Shown piece after piece: positions 8,431 to 18,393 of a stretch of 33,465 nucleotides of DNA. The position numbers were made by a program, and so were the translations under genes. The notes below the pieces were generated by a model. It worked only from the letters and a program-made list of their open reading frames with translations. It was not told the DNA's origin and did no database searches. The stretch's first letter is position 1; each line of letters starts with the position of its first letter. Source of the stretch: Candidatus Latescibacterota bacterium (lineage in GTDB: Bacteria > Latescibacterota > Latescibacteria > Latescibacterales > Latescibacteraceae); NCBI GenBank assembly GCA_041665965.1, contig JBAYHX010000001.1, positions 1 to 33,465 of the forward strand, given 5' to 3'.

Positions 8431-11400
8431 TCATCCTTTCAAGTATTTATCAATCCCTTCCGCCGCGCCCCTTCCCTGACCGATAGCCCGGACAACGAGC
8501 GAAGCGCCCAGGACGCTGTCTCCCGCGGCAAAAACTCCCGGCTCCGAGGTCATGAACTGCGAATCCACAACGATATTGCCACGGCTGTCGACTGAAAGGC
8601 CGGGGTGGCGCACCAGAGAGTCATGGCTGACATGGAGGAATCCCATGGCAAGAAAGGTCATCTCCACCTCGAGGGTAAATTCGGACCCGGGGATTTCATG
8701 AAAAACCGGGAGGCCGTTCTCTTTCGACCACTCAACCCGCGCCATGCGCACCGCCTCAAGGTTCCCTGCGGTTCCCATGAATTCTTTGGCAGCCGCGCTC
8801 CATATCCGCTCGCAGCCCTCCTCGTGGGAAGAGGAAGTGCGCATGATGACCGGCCAGTTCGGCCAGGGATTGTTCTGTGCGCGTTCTTCCGGCGGCCGGG
8901 GAAGGATTTCCACCTGATAGATGGTTTTAGCTCCCTGACGGCGGCTGGTTCCCACACAGTCCGAACCGGTATCTCCCCCGCCAATGACCAGCACATTTTT
9001 GCCGGAGGCGGAAATTTTCTTTTCGCCGGGTGTAAGTTCTCCTGCATTTTCACGGTTCTGGCCGGAGAGAAAATCGAACGCGAAATGAACGCCTGCAAGC
9101 TCCCGCCCCGGAATAGAGAGATCGCGCGGCTCACGGGAACCGGCGGCGATGAGGACGGCATCGAACGACCGTTTCAGGTAGCCCCAGGAAATATCTCTGC
9201 CCACAGCGACCCCGGTTTCGAAAATCACGCCCTCCGCGCGCATCTGTTCGATACGGCGGTCAAGCACATGCTTTTCGAGTTTAAAATCGGGGATGCCGTA
9301 CCGGAGCATTCCTCCGGGGTTGTTGTCCCGTTCGAATATGGTTACCGTATGACCCTTGCGGGCAAGCTGCTGCGCCGCGGCAAGACCGGCAGGCCCCGAG
9401 CCGATGATCCCCACTTTTTTCCCGGTGGATGACACCGGCGGTTTCGGCGCGATCCAGCCTCGCTCCCACGCCCGTTCCGCAATTTGCAGTTCGATCTGCC
9501 TGATGGTGACTGCGGGCATGTTGATCGAAAGGGTGCAGGCCGCCTCGCAGAGCGCCGGGCATACCCTGCCGGTGATTTCCGGGAAATTGTTGCATGCATG
9601 GAGGATGTCGTTCGCCTGTTTCCAGGAATTGCGGGTTACCATCAGATTCCAGTCGGGAATGCGGTTCTCCACCGGGCAGCCGAAACTGTGGCAGTAGGGT
9701 ATACCGCAGTCGCGGCACCGGGAGGCCTGTATTTCCACTTTCTCCTGAGGAAGGAGCAGTTCTATCTCACGGTAATCCCCGATCCGTTCCTCCACAGGCC
9801 GTTTGGGCGGGTTTTCCCGCTGATGTTCCATGTAGCTCGGAAGGAAAACCTCCTCGGTGGCCGGGAGGGATTCGTTGTCGGCGTTTTCCTCGAACCGGAT
9901 TCGTTTCAGCGATTCACGGTAATCGACCGGCATGACCTTTGCGAACAGGGGGAGCGCCGAATCCCAGTTGTCGAGAATTTTCCGTGCGCGTTCGCTTCCC
10001 GTATACAGGAAATGGTTCCGGAGCAGATTTTGAAGGGAAAGCTCGTCTTCCGGGGAGAGAACGCTTTCTATATCGACCATGTCGAGGTTGCACCGGGTGT
10101 CGAATGTTTCCGATTCGTTGTACACGAACGCGATTCCCCCGCTCATACCCGCGGCGAAATTGTTTCCGGTATCTCCGAGCACCACGACAACGCCTCCGGT
10201 CATATACTCGCAGCCGTGATCGCCGATACTTTCCACAACCGCAACAGCGCCGCTGTTCCGGACTGCAAAACGTTCGCCCGCGCCCCCGTAGATATAAACT
10301 TCCCCGCCTGTCGCGCCATAGAGGACGACATTTCCGGCAATGACATTTTCCCAGGGCGGGAAGAGGGGGTCTTTCGGAGGGGTGAGGATAATTCTCCCCC
10401 CGGACATTCCCTTGCCGATATAATCGTTGGCGATCCCCTCGAGGCTCAGAGTAACGCCCGGCGCAAGAAAAGCTCCGAAACTCTGCCCCGCGATGCCGGT
10501 CAGGCGGATATCCACAGTGCCGTCCGGAAGGCCTTTCTCGCCGAACCTTCGGACAATCTCCGCCGAAAGAGACGCGCCCACAGTTCGGTTGACATTCTTC
10601 ACCTCGGCATCGATGGCGACCGGACGGCCTTCTTCCAGAGCGGGCGATGCAAGGGAAAAGATGCGGGTATCGAACGGCGGCATCTCGGGCGACAGCGAGG
10701 GCGCGATGCCGCACGCCGGTCTGCAATCACCGGTTCCTCCGGTCTGCAGAATAGCGGATAGATCGAGGGTTTTTGCTTTGTAATGGCCGATATCGGAGCG
10801 GGATTCGAGAAGTTCGGCGTGTCCGATCATTTCATCGACCGTTCTGAAACCCAGCATGGCCATGTATTCCCGGAATTCCTCCGCGAGAAAATGCATCATG
10901 TTCATCACATGCTCCGGTTTCCCGGCAAAATGCGCCCGAAGATTCGGGTCCTGGGTCGCCACACCGACCGAGCAGGCGTTGAGATGGCATTTCCGCAGAA
11001 GCACGCATCCTATCGACACGAGCGCCATAGTTCCGAATCCGAACTCATCCGCCCCCAGAAGAGCGGCAATAGCAAGATCGCGGCCGGTTCTGAGCTGTCC
11101 GTCCACCTGGATGCGCACGCCGGAGCGGAGGTTGTTGCGGATGAGGGTCTGCTGGGCTTCCGCGAGGCCAAGCTCCCAGGGAAGTCCGGCGTGTTTTATG
11201 GAAGTGAGCGGGGACGCTCCGGTGCCGCCGTCACAGCCGGAAATCACCACAAGATCGGCTTTCGCTTTCACCACGCCGGCGGCTATGGTTCCGACTCCGG
11301 CTTCCGAAACGAGTTTCACCGATATTTTCGCCCGGGGATTCACCGCCCGGAGATCGTAGATCAACTGGGACAGATCCTCGATCGAGTATATATCATGGTG

Positions 11401-14391
11401 CGGCGGGGGCGAGATGAGCGTGACCCCGGGAGTCGAATGACGGATCATCGCGATTTCACGGGTCACCTTGTGCCCGGGAAGCTGCCCGCCTTCGCCGGGT
11501 TTTGCTCCCTGGGCGATCTTTATCTGTATCTCGTCGGCGTTGACAAGATACTGCGTGGTAACGCCGAAACGTCCGGAGGCAACCTGCTTTATTGCGGACT
11601 TTCTGTTATCTCCGTTTTGAGAAAGGATAGAGCGGGCGGGATCTTCGCCGCCTTCCCCGGTATTGCTCCGCGCGCCGAGACGGTTCATCGCGATTGCGAT
11701 GGTTTCGTGCGCCTCACGGCTGAGCGAGCCCATGGACATTGCCGAGGCGGTAAACCTTTTTATGATGCTTTCCGACGGTTCGACCTCATCGAGGGGAACC
11801 GGATTTCCTTTTTTGAACTGAAAAAGGCTTCTCAAGGTGATCTGTTCGTCGAACTGATCGTCGATGATCCGTGAATAATCCTTGAATGCGCTGTAGTCGT
11901 TCGTTCTCACCGCATACTGGAGACGGGCTATTGCCTGCGGAGACCAGAGGTGCTTTTCCCCCCCGCATCTCATCCGGTAGCTGCCGCCCGGGTTGAGGTT
12001 CTCGTCCTCCGATTCCGGGTCGAAAGCTTTCCCGAACCGTTCCTGTGTTTCACGGGCGATTTCGTCGAGCCCGATTCCCCCGATGCGGGAGACGGTTCCG
12101 GAAAAATAGGTGTCGACCAGCTCTCCAGAAAGCCCGAGCGCCTCGAAAATCTGTGCTCCGAAATAGCTGCGGATGGTGGAGATACCGATACGGCTCATGG
12201 TTTTCATAAGCCCTTTTTTGATTGCGGTGATATACAAGTCCAGAGCCAGATCGGGTTTCGGGGGGATATCGTACAACCCCTCTTCGCTGAGCCGCCGGAT
12301 AGTGGAGAACGCCACATTCGGGCATACCGCGCTCGCACCATACCCGATAAGGAGTGCAAAATGCATGATTTCACGGGCTTCGCCTGTCTCGACAACGAGC
12401 GACACCCTCGAACGCTTTCCCTTACGGACAAGGTGATGGTGGAGACCCGACACCGCCAGGAGCGACGGTATCGGAGCATGATCCCGATCGATATTCCTGT
12501 CGGTCAGGATGAGAAAGCTGACCCCGCTGTCCATAAGCTTCTCCGCCCGCTCGAAACAGGAATCCAGCGCTTTTCGGAGTTCCTCTCCGTTCCCTCCCGC
12601 GGGAAACAGGATGTCTATCTCGCCGGTGACCACATTCGGATGGTTCGCGGAGCGCAGACGCCGCATATCTTCGGGAGTCAGGATCGGATGATGGAGTTTG
12701 AGCTGACGGCAGTGTTCGGGGGTTTCCGCGAGCAGGTTCAGTTCATGGCCGGAAAACCGCATGAGAGACATGACCAGCTCTTCCCTGAGCGGATCGATGG
12801 GCGGGTTCGTAACCTGGGCAAAGAGCTGTTTGAAATAGGAAAAGAGAAGCTGCGGCCGGTGAGAGAGCACCGCCGGAGGGGTATCGTCACCCATCGAGCC
12901 GACCGGTTCCTGGCCGTGCGCGCCCATGGGCGCGAGGATCAGTTTCAGTTCTTCCCCGGTATAGCCGAACGCTTTCTGTTTTTGAAGAAGCAGCGCCGGG
13001 TCTTCGGACGGTATCTCGGTCGGCGCAAGAAGCCCCCTGAGCTCGATTTTGTTGTTGCGCACCCAGTGACGGTAGGGGCGCTGACGGCAGATTTTGGCTT
13101 TGATGACATTGTCGGGGATGATACGGTTCTGTTCGAGGTCGAGAAGGAACATTTTCCCCGGCTGCAGACGGCCGTGCGAACGGATCTGGTCATGGGGAAT
13201 ATCGAGAACGCCGGCTTCCGAAGCAAGCACCACAATGCCTTCCCGTGTCACCGTATAGCGCGCCGGACGAAGCCCGTTGCGGTCGAGTGTCGCGCCGACA
13301 TACCGCCCATCGGTGAAAACCATCGCCGCCGGACCGTCCCACGGCTCCATGAATGAGGCGTGATACTCGTAGAAAGCGCGTTTATCCTCGCTCATCACGA
13401 ATTTCGATCCCCAGGCTTCCGGGATCATCATCATCATGGCGTGCGGCAGAGACCTTCCGGCCATGACCAGCAGTTCCAGCGCGTTGTCGAAAGTCGACGA
13501 ATCGCTCCCCCCTTCGACGATGACCGGCTTGATTTTTTCAATATCGTCGCCGAAGAGCGGGGACGAAAAATCTGCCTCACGGGAGAGAATATGGTTTTTA
13601 TTCCCGGAGAGCGTGTTGATCTCGCCGTTATGCGCAAGAAAACGGAACGGATGCGCCAGATGCCAGGACGGAAATGTGTTGGTGCTATACCGCTGATGGA
13701 TGAGAGCAAAGGGGCTCTGGAAATCTTCGTCCTTTAGATCGGGGTAGAAAAGGGGAAGGTCTTTCCCGTTCATGAACCCTTTGTAGTTCAGCGTGCGCGC
13801 CGACATGCTCGCTATATAAAAAGCGCTGCATCCGGAGTCATTCAGAGAAACGATTGCCTTTTCGGCCATCCGCCGGACGACATAGAGCTTGCGCTCGAAA
13901 GCTTCGATATCGTATGGGCCTCTGGCCAGAAAAAGCTGCCGGACCTGCGGCTGTGTGACACGGGCAAGGTCTCCGAGGTGATGCGAGTCCACCGGGACAT
14001 CACGCCAGCCGAGGATTTCGCACCGCTCTTCTTCGGCAATTTTTTCCAGGATCGACATACAGCGCCCGGCTTTTTCTTTTTCCGCGGGAAGGAACACCAT
14101 CGCGACACCATAACCGCCGGCCTCCGGAATGGATATATTCAGGTCTCCGCACACCCGTTTCATGAACAATTCGGGGATCCGCACAAGCATTCCGGCGCCG
14201 TCGCCGCTCGCCTGGTCGCTGTTCATTGCTCCGCGATGCTCGAGGTTCGAAAGAACTTCCACTCCGTTTTCGATAATCCGATGCGAGGGAACCCCGTCAA
14301 TCCGTGCTACGAAACCGACCCCGCAGTTGTCATGTTCGAATGCGGGGTTGTACAAACCTTCCGGTACACTGCTGCCTGTCGAATCGTCCAC
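8431..14391 (-). CDS. gltB: Glutamate synthase, single polypeptide fusing large (GltB) and small (GltD) subunits
   Basis: 1986 aa, GTG start. Ntn-amidotransferase N-terminus (..HDNCGVGFVARIDG). FMN/synthase core (GEGGEDP, KIAQGAKPGEGGQLPG, SPPPHHDIYSIEDL, ISGCDGGTGASP). GXGXG beta-helix domain (GDHGCEYMTGGVVVVLG). Then a linker and a GltD-like region (SYMEHQRENPPKRPVEERIGDYREIE, CRDCGIPYCHSFGCPVENRIP, KKVGIIGSGPAGLAAAQQLARKGH, VLVIGGGDTGSDC, VFAAGD). Confidence 0.95.
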   Translation of the reverse strand: MDDSTGSSVPEGLYNPAFEHDNCGVGFVARIDGVPSHRIIENGVEVLSNLEHRGAMNSDQASGDGAGMLVRIPELFMKRVCGDLNISIPEAGGYGVAMVFLPAEKEKAGRCMSILEKIAEEERCEILGWRDVPVDSHHLGDLARVTQPQVRQLFLARGPYDIEAFERKLYVVRRMAEKAIVSLNDSGCSAFYIASMSARTLNYKGFMNGKDLPLFYPDLKDEDFQSPFALIHQRYSTNTFPSWHLAHPFRFLAHNGEINTLSGNKNHILSREADFSSPLFGDDIEKIKPVIVEGGSDSSTFDNALELLVMAGRSLPHAMMMMIPEAWGSKFVMSEDKRAFYEYHASFMEPWDGPAAMVFTDGRYVGATLDRNGLRPARYTVTREGIVVLASEAGVLDIPHDQIRSHGRLQPGKMFLLDLEQNRIIPDNVIKAKICRQRPYRHWVRNNKIELRGLLAPTEIPSEDPALLLQKQKAFGYTGEELKLILAPMGAHGQEPVGSMGDDTPPAVLSHRPQLLFSYFKQLFAQVTNPPIDPLREELVMSLMRFSGHELNLLAETPEHCRQLKLHHPILTPEDMRRLRSANHPNVVTGEIDILFPAGGNGEELRKALDSCFERAEKLMDSGVSFLILTDRNIDRDHAPIPSLLAVSGLHHHLVRKGKRSRVSLVVETGEAREIMHFALLIGYGASAVCPNVAFSTIRRLSEEGLYDIPPKPDLALDLYITAIKKGLMKTMSRIGISTIRSYFGAQIFEALGLSGELVDTYFSGTVSRIGGIGLDEIARETQERFGKAFDPESEDENLNPGGSYRMRCGGEKHLWSPQAIARLQYAVRTNDYSAFKDYSRIIDDQFDEQITLRSLFQFKKGNPVPLDEVEPSESIIKRFTASAMSMGSLSREAHETIAIAMNRLGARSNTGEGGEDPARSILSQNGDNRKSAIKQVASGRFGVTTQYLVNADEIQIKIAQGAKPGEGGQLPGHKVTREIAMIRHSTPGVTLISPPPHHDIYSIEDLSQLIYDLRAVNPRAKISVKLVSEAGVGTIAAGVVKAKADLVVISGCDGGTGASPLTSIKHAGLPWELGLAEAQQTLIRNNLRSGVRIQVDGQLRTGRDLAIAALLGADEFGFGTMALVSIGCVLLRKCHLNACSVGVATQDPNLRAHFAGKPEHVMNMMHFLAEEFREYMAMLGFRTVDEMIGHAELLESRSDIGHYKAKTLDLSAILQTGGTGDCRPACGIAPSLSPEMPPFDTRIFSLASPALEEGRPVAIDAEVKNVNRTVGASLSAEIVRRFGEKGLPDGTVDIRLTGIAGQSFGAFLAPGVTLSLEGIANDYIGKGMSGGRIILTPPKDPLFPPWENVIAGNVVLYGATGGEVYIYGGAGERFAVRNSGAVAVVESIGDHGCEYMTGGVVVVLGDTGNNFAAGMSGGIAFVYNESETFDTRCNLDMVDIESVLSPEDELSLQNLLRNHFLYTGSERARKILDNWDSALPLFAKVMPVDYRESLKRIRFEENADNESLPATEEVFLPSYMEHQRENPPKRPVEERIGDYREIELLLPQEKVEIQASRCRDCGIPYCHSFGCPVENRIPDWNLMVTRNSWKQANDILHACNNFPEITGRVCPALCEAACTLSINMPAVTIRQIELQIAERAWERGWIAPKPPVSSTGKKVGIIGSGPAGLAAAQQLARKGHTVTIFERDNNPGGMLRYGIPDFKLEKHVLDRRIEQMRAEGVIFETGVAVGRDISWGYLKRSFDAVLIAAGSREPRDLSIPGRELAGVHFAFDFLSGQNRENAGELTPGEKKISASGKNVLVIGGGDTGSDCVGTSRRQGAKTIYQVEILPRPPEERAQNNPWPNWPVIMRTSSSHEEGCERIWSAAAKEFMGTAGNLEAVRMARVEWSKENGLPVFHEIPGSEFTLEVEMTFLAMGFLHVSHDSLVRHPGLSVDSRGNIVVDSQFMTSEPGVFAAGDSVLGASLVVRAIGQGRGAAEGIDKYLKG

Positions 14392-14694
14392 TGTGCTATG
14401 TAATTCCTTCCGCGGTTAATTGATTGAAATACAGGTAATTACAAATTTATCTCAGCCCCGTGGCCGAGAAAGGGATACCTGAATATAACGAATTGATGGA
14501 ATGGGAGTTCCAAAAAAACAGAAAAAATGATGGGAATCAACATCCTCCGGAATGAAAAAGGCTTCTCTTTCAAGAGGTTATTTTTGTATCTTAGTAACCG
14601 GAACATTATATCAAAGTTATTTTAGCTCATTACTATGTGCGGAAAGACAGAATAACATGGTTTTCCAAACTGTGTTACTTTAATCGAAAGAATT

Positions 14695-14896
14695 CCTCGA
14701 AGCTTTGATTCGGGGCAAAAGCTTACAAGAAAAGCAACGGGAACTGAAACAAAGCCCCCTTTCTGTCCTTCGGACATCCTTCCCCCGGAAGGGGGCAGGA
14801 TAAACTCGATGCGTCACTGTTTCCCTTGCCCCCATTGGGGGAAAGGGATCGAGGGTAAGGGGGCTGATTGTGATTCCTCGAAGCTCTGCTGCGGGG
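14695..14896. repeat. Cluster of G/C-rich hairpin repeats in the gltB-ackA divergent intergenic region
   Basis: Hairpins: CCTCGAA..TTCGGGG (14695-14715); GTCC-ttc-GGAC (14765-14775); CCCCC-gga-aGGGGG (14782-14795); TCCCTTGCCCCC-attg-GGGGGAAAGGGA (14822-14848), followed by GAGGGTAAGGGGG; and CCTCGAAGC..GCTGCGGGG (14876-14896). The ATTCCTCGAAGCT motif is directly repeated at 14692 and 14873. Confidence 0.5.
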
Positions 14897-14986
14897 TAGT
14901 TCATATTTGTCATTTTCAAACAGTTTTTCATCCTTTTTGCCATTCACCCTTTTGGATCGGGAGGAAGAGGATGAGGGGAGGTTCTT

Positions 14987-16186
14987 TTGAAGGTTCTTGT
15001 TATCAATTGCGGAAGTTCTTCGGTAAAATACCAGCTTATGGATACCACGGACGAATCGGTTCTGGCAAAGGGACTTATCGAGCGGATCGGTTTCGAGGAT
15101 GCAATCTTTACCCATATTCCAACCAACGGTGAGAAACAGATTCAGACTCTGCCGGTGAAAAATCACGATATCGCCATAAAAATCGTTCTGGGAAGCCTGG
15201 TCGGCGAGAAAGGCGTGGTGAAAAGCCTTTCTGAAATCGGCGCGGTCGGACACCGGTTCGTGAACGGCGGCAGAGAATTCATCGAGCCGGTAATTACCAC
15301 CAGAGGGATTTTGGAAAAGCTCCATGCAATTGTGGACATCGCTCCTCTCCACAACACGGCGCACCTTTTGGGAATCGAGGCCTGTATAGCTGCAATGCCT
15401 GATACGCCTCAGGTTATTGTGTTCGATACCAGTTTCCATGCCCGCATACCGGCAAAGGCTTACATGTATGCGCTTCCTTATCGATACTACGAGAAATATG
15501 GAATCCGCCGGTATGGTTTCCACGGCACCTCCCACTATTACGTTTCCCACAAGGCGGCGGAAATTATCGGAAAACCGATTGAGGATTTGAAAATCATCAC
15601 CTGCCATCTCGGCAACGGCTGCTCGGTGGATGCAGTAAAAGACGGATGGGCGGTTGATACCTCTATGGGGTTCACGCCTCTTGAGGGTCTCATGATGGGT
15701 TCCCGTACCGGGGATATCGATTGCGCCGCTCCCCTTTACATCATGAAAAAAGAGGGCATAACCCCCGAAGAGATGGACACCATCATGAATAAAAAGAGCG
15801 GGCTTCTGGGAGTTACCGGAATCTCTTCCGATATGCGCGAAATCGACAGCGCCGCCGGAAACGGAAACGAGCTTGCCATCCTTGCAATGGATATGTACTG
15901 CTACCGGATAAAGAAGTATATCTCTTCATATATCGGGATACTCGGCGGCCTGGATGTTCTGGTATTCACCGCCGGAGTGGGGGAACACAGTTTCAGGATT
16001 CGCGAGAAAGCCTGTGAGTGCCTTTCCTTCCTGGGTATCGAGATAGACCCGGAAAAGAACAATCAGGCAAAAGGCGGAGAAACGGAAATCGGGAAGGAAA
16101 ATGCCCGTGTCCGTATTCTGGTGATTCCTACCAACGAGGAACTTGTCATCGCCCGTGAATCCGAGCGGATGGTCAAATCGGCTTAA
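14987..16186 (+). CDS. ackA: Acetate kinase
   Basis: 399 aa, TTG start preceded by GAGGGGAG. MKVLVINCGSSSVKYQL, HRFVNGG, VFDTSFH, RRYGFHGTSH, CHLGNGCS, MGFTPLEGLMMGSRTGDID, FTAGVGEHS and IPTNEE are all classic acetate/propionate kinase signatures. Confidence 0.95.
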   Translation: MKVLVINCGSSSVKYQLMDTTDESVLAKGLIERIGFEDAIFTHIPTNGEKQIQTLPVKNHDIAIKIVLGSLVGEKGVVKSLSEIGAVGHRFVNGGREFIEPVITTRGILEKLHAIVDIAPLHNTAHLLGIEACIAAMPDTPQVIVFDTSFHARIPAKAYMYALPYRYYEKYGIRRYGFHGTSHYYVSHKAAEIIGKPIEDLKIITCHLGNGCSVDAVKDGWAVDTSMGFTPLEGLMMGSRTGDIDCAAPLYIMKKEGITPEEMDTIMNKKSGLLGVTGISSDMREIDSAAGNGNELAILAMDMYCYRIKKYISSYIGILGGLDVLVFTAGVGEHSFRIREKACECLSFLGIEIDPEKNNQAKGGETEIGKENARVRILVIPTNEELVIARESERMVKSA

Positions 16187-16214
16187 ATCTCAACATTCTT
16201 GCAAGGGGGCGCTT

Positions 16215-16715
16215 ATGTATCGTACCATCGACGATTTTATCGAGGATTGGAAAGGTGAAAACGCGGCGACAATCAAAATCCTTGAAGCTCTTACCGATGC
16301 ATCCCTTTCCCGGAAGGTGACACCGGAAGGACGCAGCCTGGGCTATCTGGCCTGGCATATTACTTTGAGTATTGTTGAGATGGGGAACCGTGCAGGGCTC
16401 AATATAAAGGGACCGGCGGAAGACTCATCCGAACCGGCTCACGCTGCCGATATTGTAAAGGTTTACCGTGATGCAGCCAACCAGCTTGGGGAGAGCGTAC
16501 GAAAATTGTGGACTGATTCATCCCTTGATGAGGAATTGGATATGTATGGCCAGGTCTGGAAAAAACGGCTCATCTTAACCGTGCTCCTCCGTCACGAGGC
16601 TCATCACCGTGGACAGATGACCGTGCTGATGCGTCAGGCAGGTCTGAAAATCCCCGGAATCTACGGTCCTTCGAAAGAGGAATGGTCGGCCTACGGCATG
16701 CCCCCACAGAAATAG
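16215..16715 (+). CDS. DinB-family (DinB/YfiT-like four-helix bundle) protein
   Basis: The ORF track starts at 16143, inside ackA. ATG 16215 (MYRTIDDFIEDW) follows an AAGGGGG RBS. LGYLAWHITLS and LLRHEAHHRGQMTVLMRQAGLKIPGIYGPSKEEW are the DinB-type His-triad context. Confidence 0.8.
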   Translation: MYRTIDDFIEDWKGENAATIKILEALTDASLSRKVTPEGRSLGYLAWHITLSIVEMGNRAGLNIKGPAEDSSEPAHAADIVKVYRDAANQLGESVRKLWTDSSLDEELDMYGQVWKKRLILTVLLRHEAHHRGQMTVLMRQAGLKIPGIYGPSKEEWSAYGMPPQK

Positions 16716-16722
16716 GGCTGGT

Positions 16723-18150
16723 TTATTCCGGGCGTTCCTCCTTTGGTATCTCTACCACCATGAGCGACGGGTGTCCAAACGGGGTGGAGCGTCCCTGGAA
16801 TTCACCGTTAACGTTGAATACAAGGAATGAACCATCATTTGATATATTCATCCCAAAGCAGTTGTCCATCCAGTAACCGTATTTTTCTAGATAATATTCC
16901 TGTAGCCAGCAGAGTACCTTTTTCTTCTGGGTCTTCACATCATATTGGATGATGGGTGCGTATGGACCCATGGGAAGGTAATAGACATAACGGCCTGAAG
17001 GATCGAGCACGATGGCCTTGCAATCCCGTCCTTTATCCCAGGTGACACCGATGGATTCGACAATCGGTCCCTTGCTGTCGCCCGGCTTGAATTTGAAGAA
17101 CGCGCCGTTCAATGTTGCCCAGTAATACCAGCCGTCCATTGCGGGCTGCTCGGTATGGCCGCGGGTAATAGACACATTCTTTTTTTCTTGGTGCGGTGAT
17201 TCGACCCCGGGATTTTCAGGGGGAGTGACTTCGTGCCGTTCGAACTTGTTGAATTCCGGATCGAAGCTTAGAAACCGCACCTTTTCGTCCTTTGCGTCCA
17301 CGCTCCAGAATTTTCCGGTCGCTTCGTCGAGGAGCATGGAGCGCTCCCAGAACACCCAACCGTTGGGCGGGCACCCCGCATAACGCACCTTCTTCTCTAT
17401 GCAGTCCCAGAGCAGAACGGTTGCGAACGAGCCGGTCGCCATAAGCCTGCCGCGCTTTGTGTCAACAGTGAAACAGGGGAGGTTAGAGGGGATTAGCGGG
17501 TTTCCCCAGTTCTTCGCCTCGTGGGTGTAGATGTTGTAGCTGAGCAGCCAGCTGCCGCGGAATCCATTGGCGTACCAGCTCGAATCGGGAATCGCGCCGT
17601 AATGGGTGGTCGCCCAGAGGGTGCCGTCGGGCATGATTCCCATAGCGCCATGAATCTTCCCGTCAGTGTAACCCTCCTCGGTCCATCCGAGCAGTTTCTT
17701 GACATCAACCACACGGAACACCGTGTTCCGAGCGGGGCAGTACTCGTAGATGTTGAGCTGGCAGCCCTGGCCGCGGTGGTCGCCAACCGAGAGGAAAAAC
17801 CGGTTGTCCACGCTCCGGGTCACACCCGCCCAGTTTGCCCAGCCTGCCATGTACTGCTGTCCCTCGGTGAAATATTCGGGTTTCAGATCAGGTAAAATAC
17901 GTAATTTAACTGTGGGGGATACTTTCGCAATGGTGAAATTGGTGTCTGTGAACTGTGTGTCCGGCAGTGCGAGAAACTTTTCCGATCTGTCTACGACAAA
18001 ATCCGTTTTTTCGCGAAGGTGAAGCCTGTCGAACTTTTCGTTGAGCGCTTTCCGGGCTTTTTCCTTGTCGCTCAATTCCTGACCGAAAACGGCTGTCACC
18101 GCGATTACCATCACGATCACGATAACGCTATAAAGGCGGAACGATTTCAT
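16723..18150 (-). CDS. Secreted protein of unknown function (signal peptide; possibly beta-propeller-like)
   Basis: 475-aa ORF with an AGGAGA RBS. The N-terminus MKSFRLYSVIVIVMVIAVTAVFGQ is Sec-signal-like. It is rich in W/G/Y beta-strand-like segments. I recognise no family. Confidence 0.7.
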   Translation of the reverse strand: MKSFRLYSVIVIVMVIAVTAVFGQELSDKEKARKALNEKFDRLHLREKTDFVVDRSEKFLALPDTQFTDTNFTIAKVSPTVKLRILPDLKPEYFTEGQQYMAGWANWAGVTRSVDNRFFLSVGDHRGQGCQLNIYEYCPARNTVFRVVDVKKLLGWTEEGYTDGKIHGAMGIMPDGTLWATTHYGAIPDSSWYANGFRGSWLLSYNIYTHEAKNWGNPLIPSNLPCFTVDTKRGRLMATGSFATVLLWDCIEKKVRYAGCPPNGWVFWERSMLLDEATGKFWSVDAKDEKVRFLSFDPEFNKFERHEVTPPENPGVESPHQEKKNVSITRGHTEQPAMDGWYYWATLNGAFFKFKPGDSKGPIVESIGVTWDKGRDCKAIVLDPSGRYVYYLPMGPYAPIIQYDVKTQKKKVLCWLQEYYLEKYGYWMDNCFGMNISNDGSFLVFNVNGEFQGRSTPFGHPSLMVVEIPKEERPE

Positions 18151-18358
18151 GAGAGTCTCCTGTGAACTATTTTATCTGCATGGTGTAGACATTAAATTCT
18201 TATCCCCTGATTCTTTTCAATTCTCTCTCTTATAAGGTGATGAGAGAAAGGGGTGAAGTCTTCAACAAAGGATTATATATGGAAAACCACTTCAATTCTG
18301 TGAACCAGAAATAGATTAATGATAAAAACATGATAAGTCAAGTTGGAAGAAGGACTTC

Positions 18359-18387
18359 TTGACATATCGAGCTGAAATTCATAAATT
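18359..18387 (+). promoter_or_regulatory. Promoter candidate placed to give a leaderless or near-leaderless wecB transcript
   Basis: TTGACA (18359-18364), a 17-nt spacer, then TAAATT (18382-18387). The ATG at 18394 lies 7 nt after the -10 element and has no Shine-Dalgarno sequence in front. Confidence 0.3.
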
Positions 18388-18393
18388 TTCAGT

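Noticed and set aside
8605-14403. A chain of very long plus-strand ORFs (275, 425, 363, 468, 125 and 141 aa) running antisense across the whole gltBD gene.
   Set aside because: All six lie in the same frame (start positions = 1 mod 3), and this frame is codon-aligned with the minus-strand gltBD codons. In that frame, antisense stops arise only from TTA, CTA or TCA codons, which a GC-rich gene avoids, so long open stretches are expected. Their translations are Arg/Gly/Pro-rich and low in complexity, with no recognisable motifs. The minus-strand product is unmistakably GOGAT.
14392-14690. A glutamine riboswitch, sigma-54 promoter or other nitrogen-control element in the gltBD leader.
   Set aside because: Reading the minus strand, I found no TGGCAC-N5-TTGC-like motif with correct spacing and no glnA-RNA-like conserved core. 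Absence by eye is not proof; an Infernal scan would settle it.
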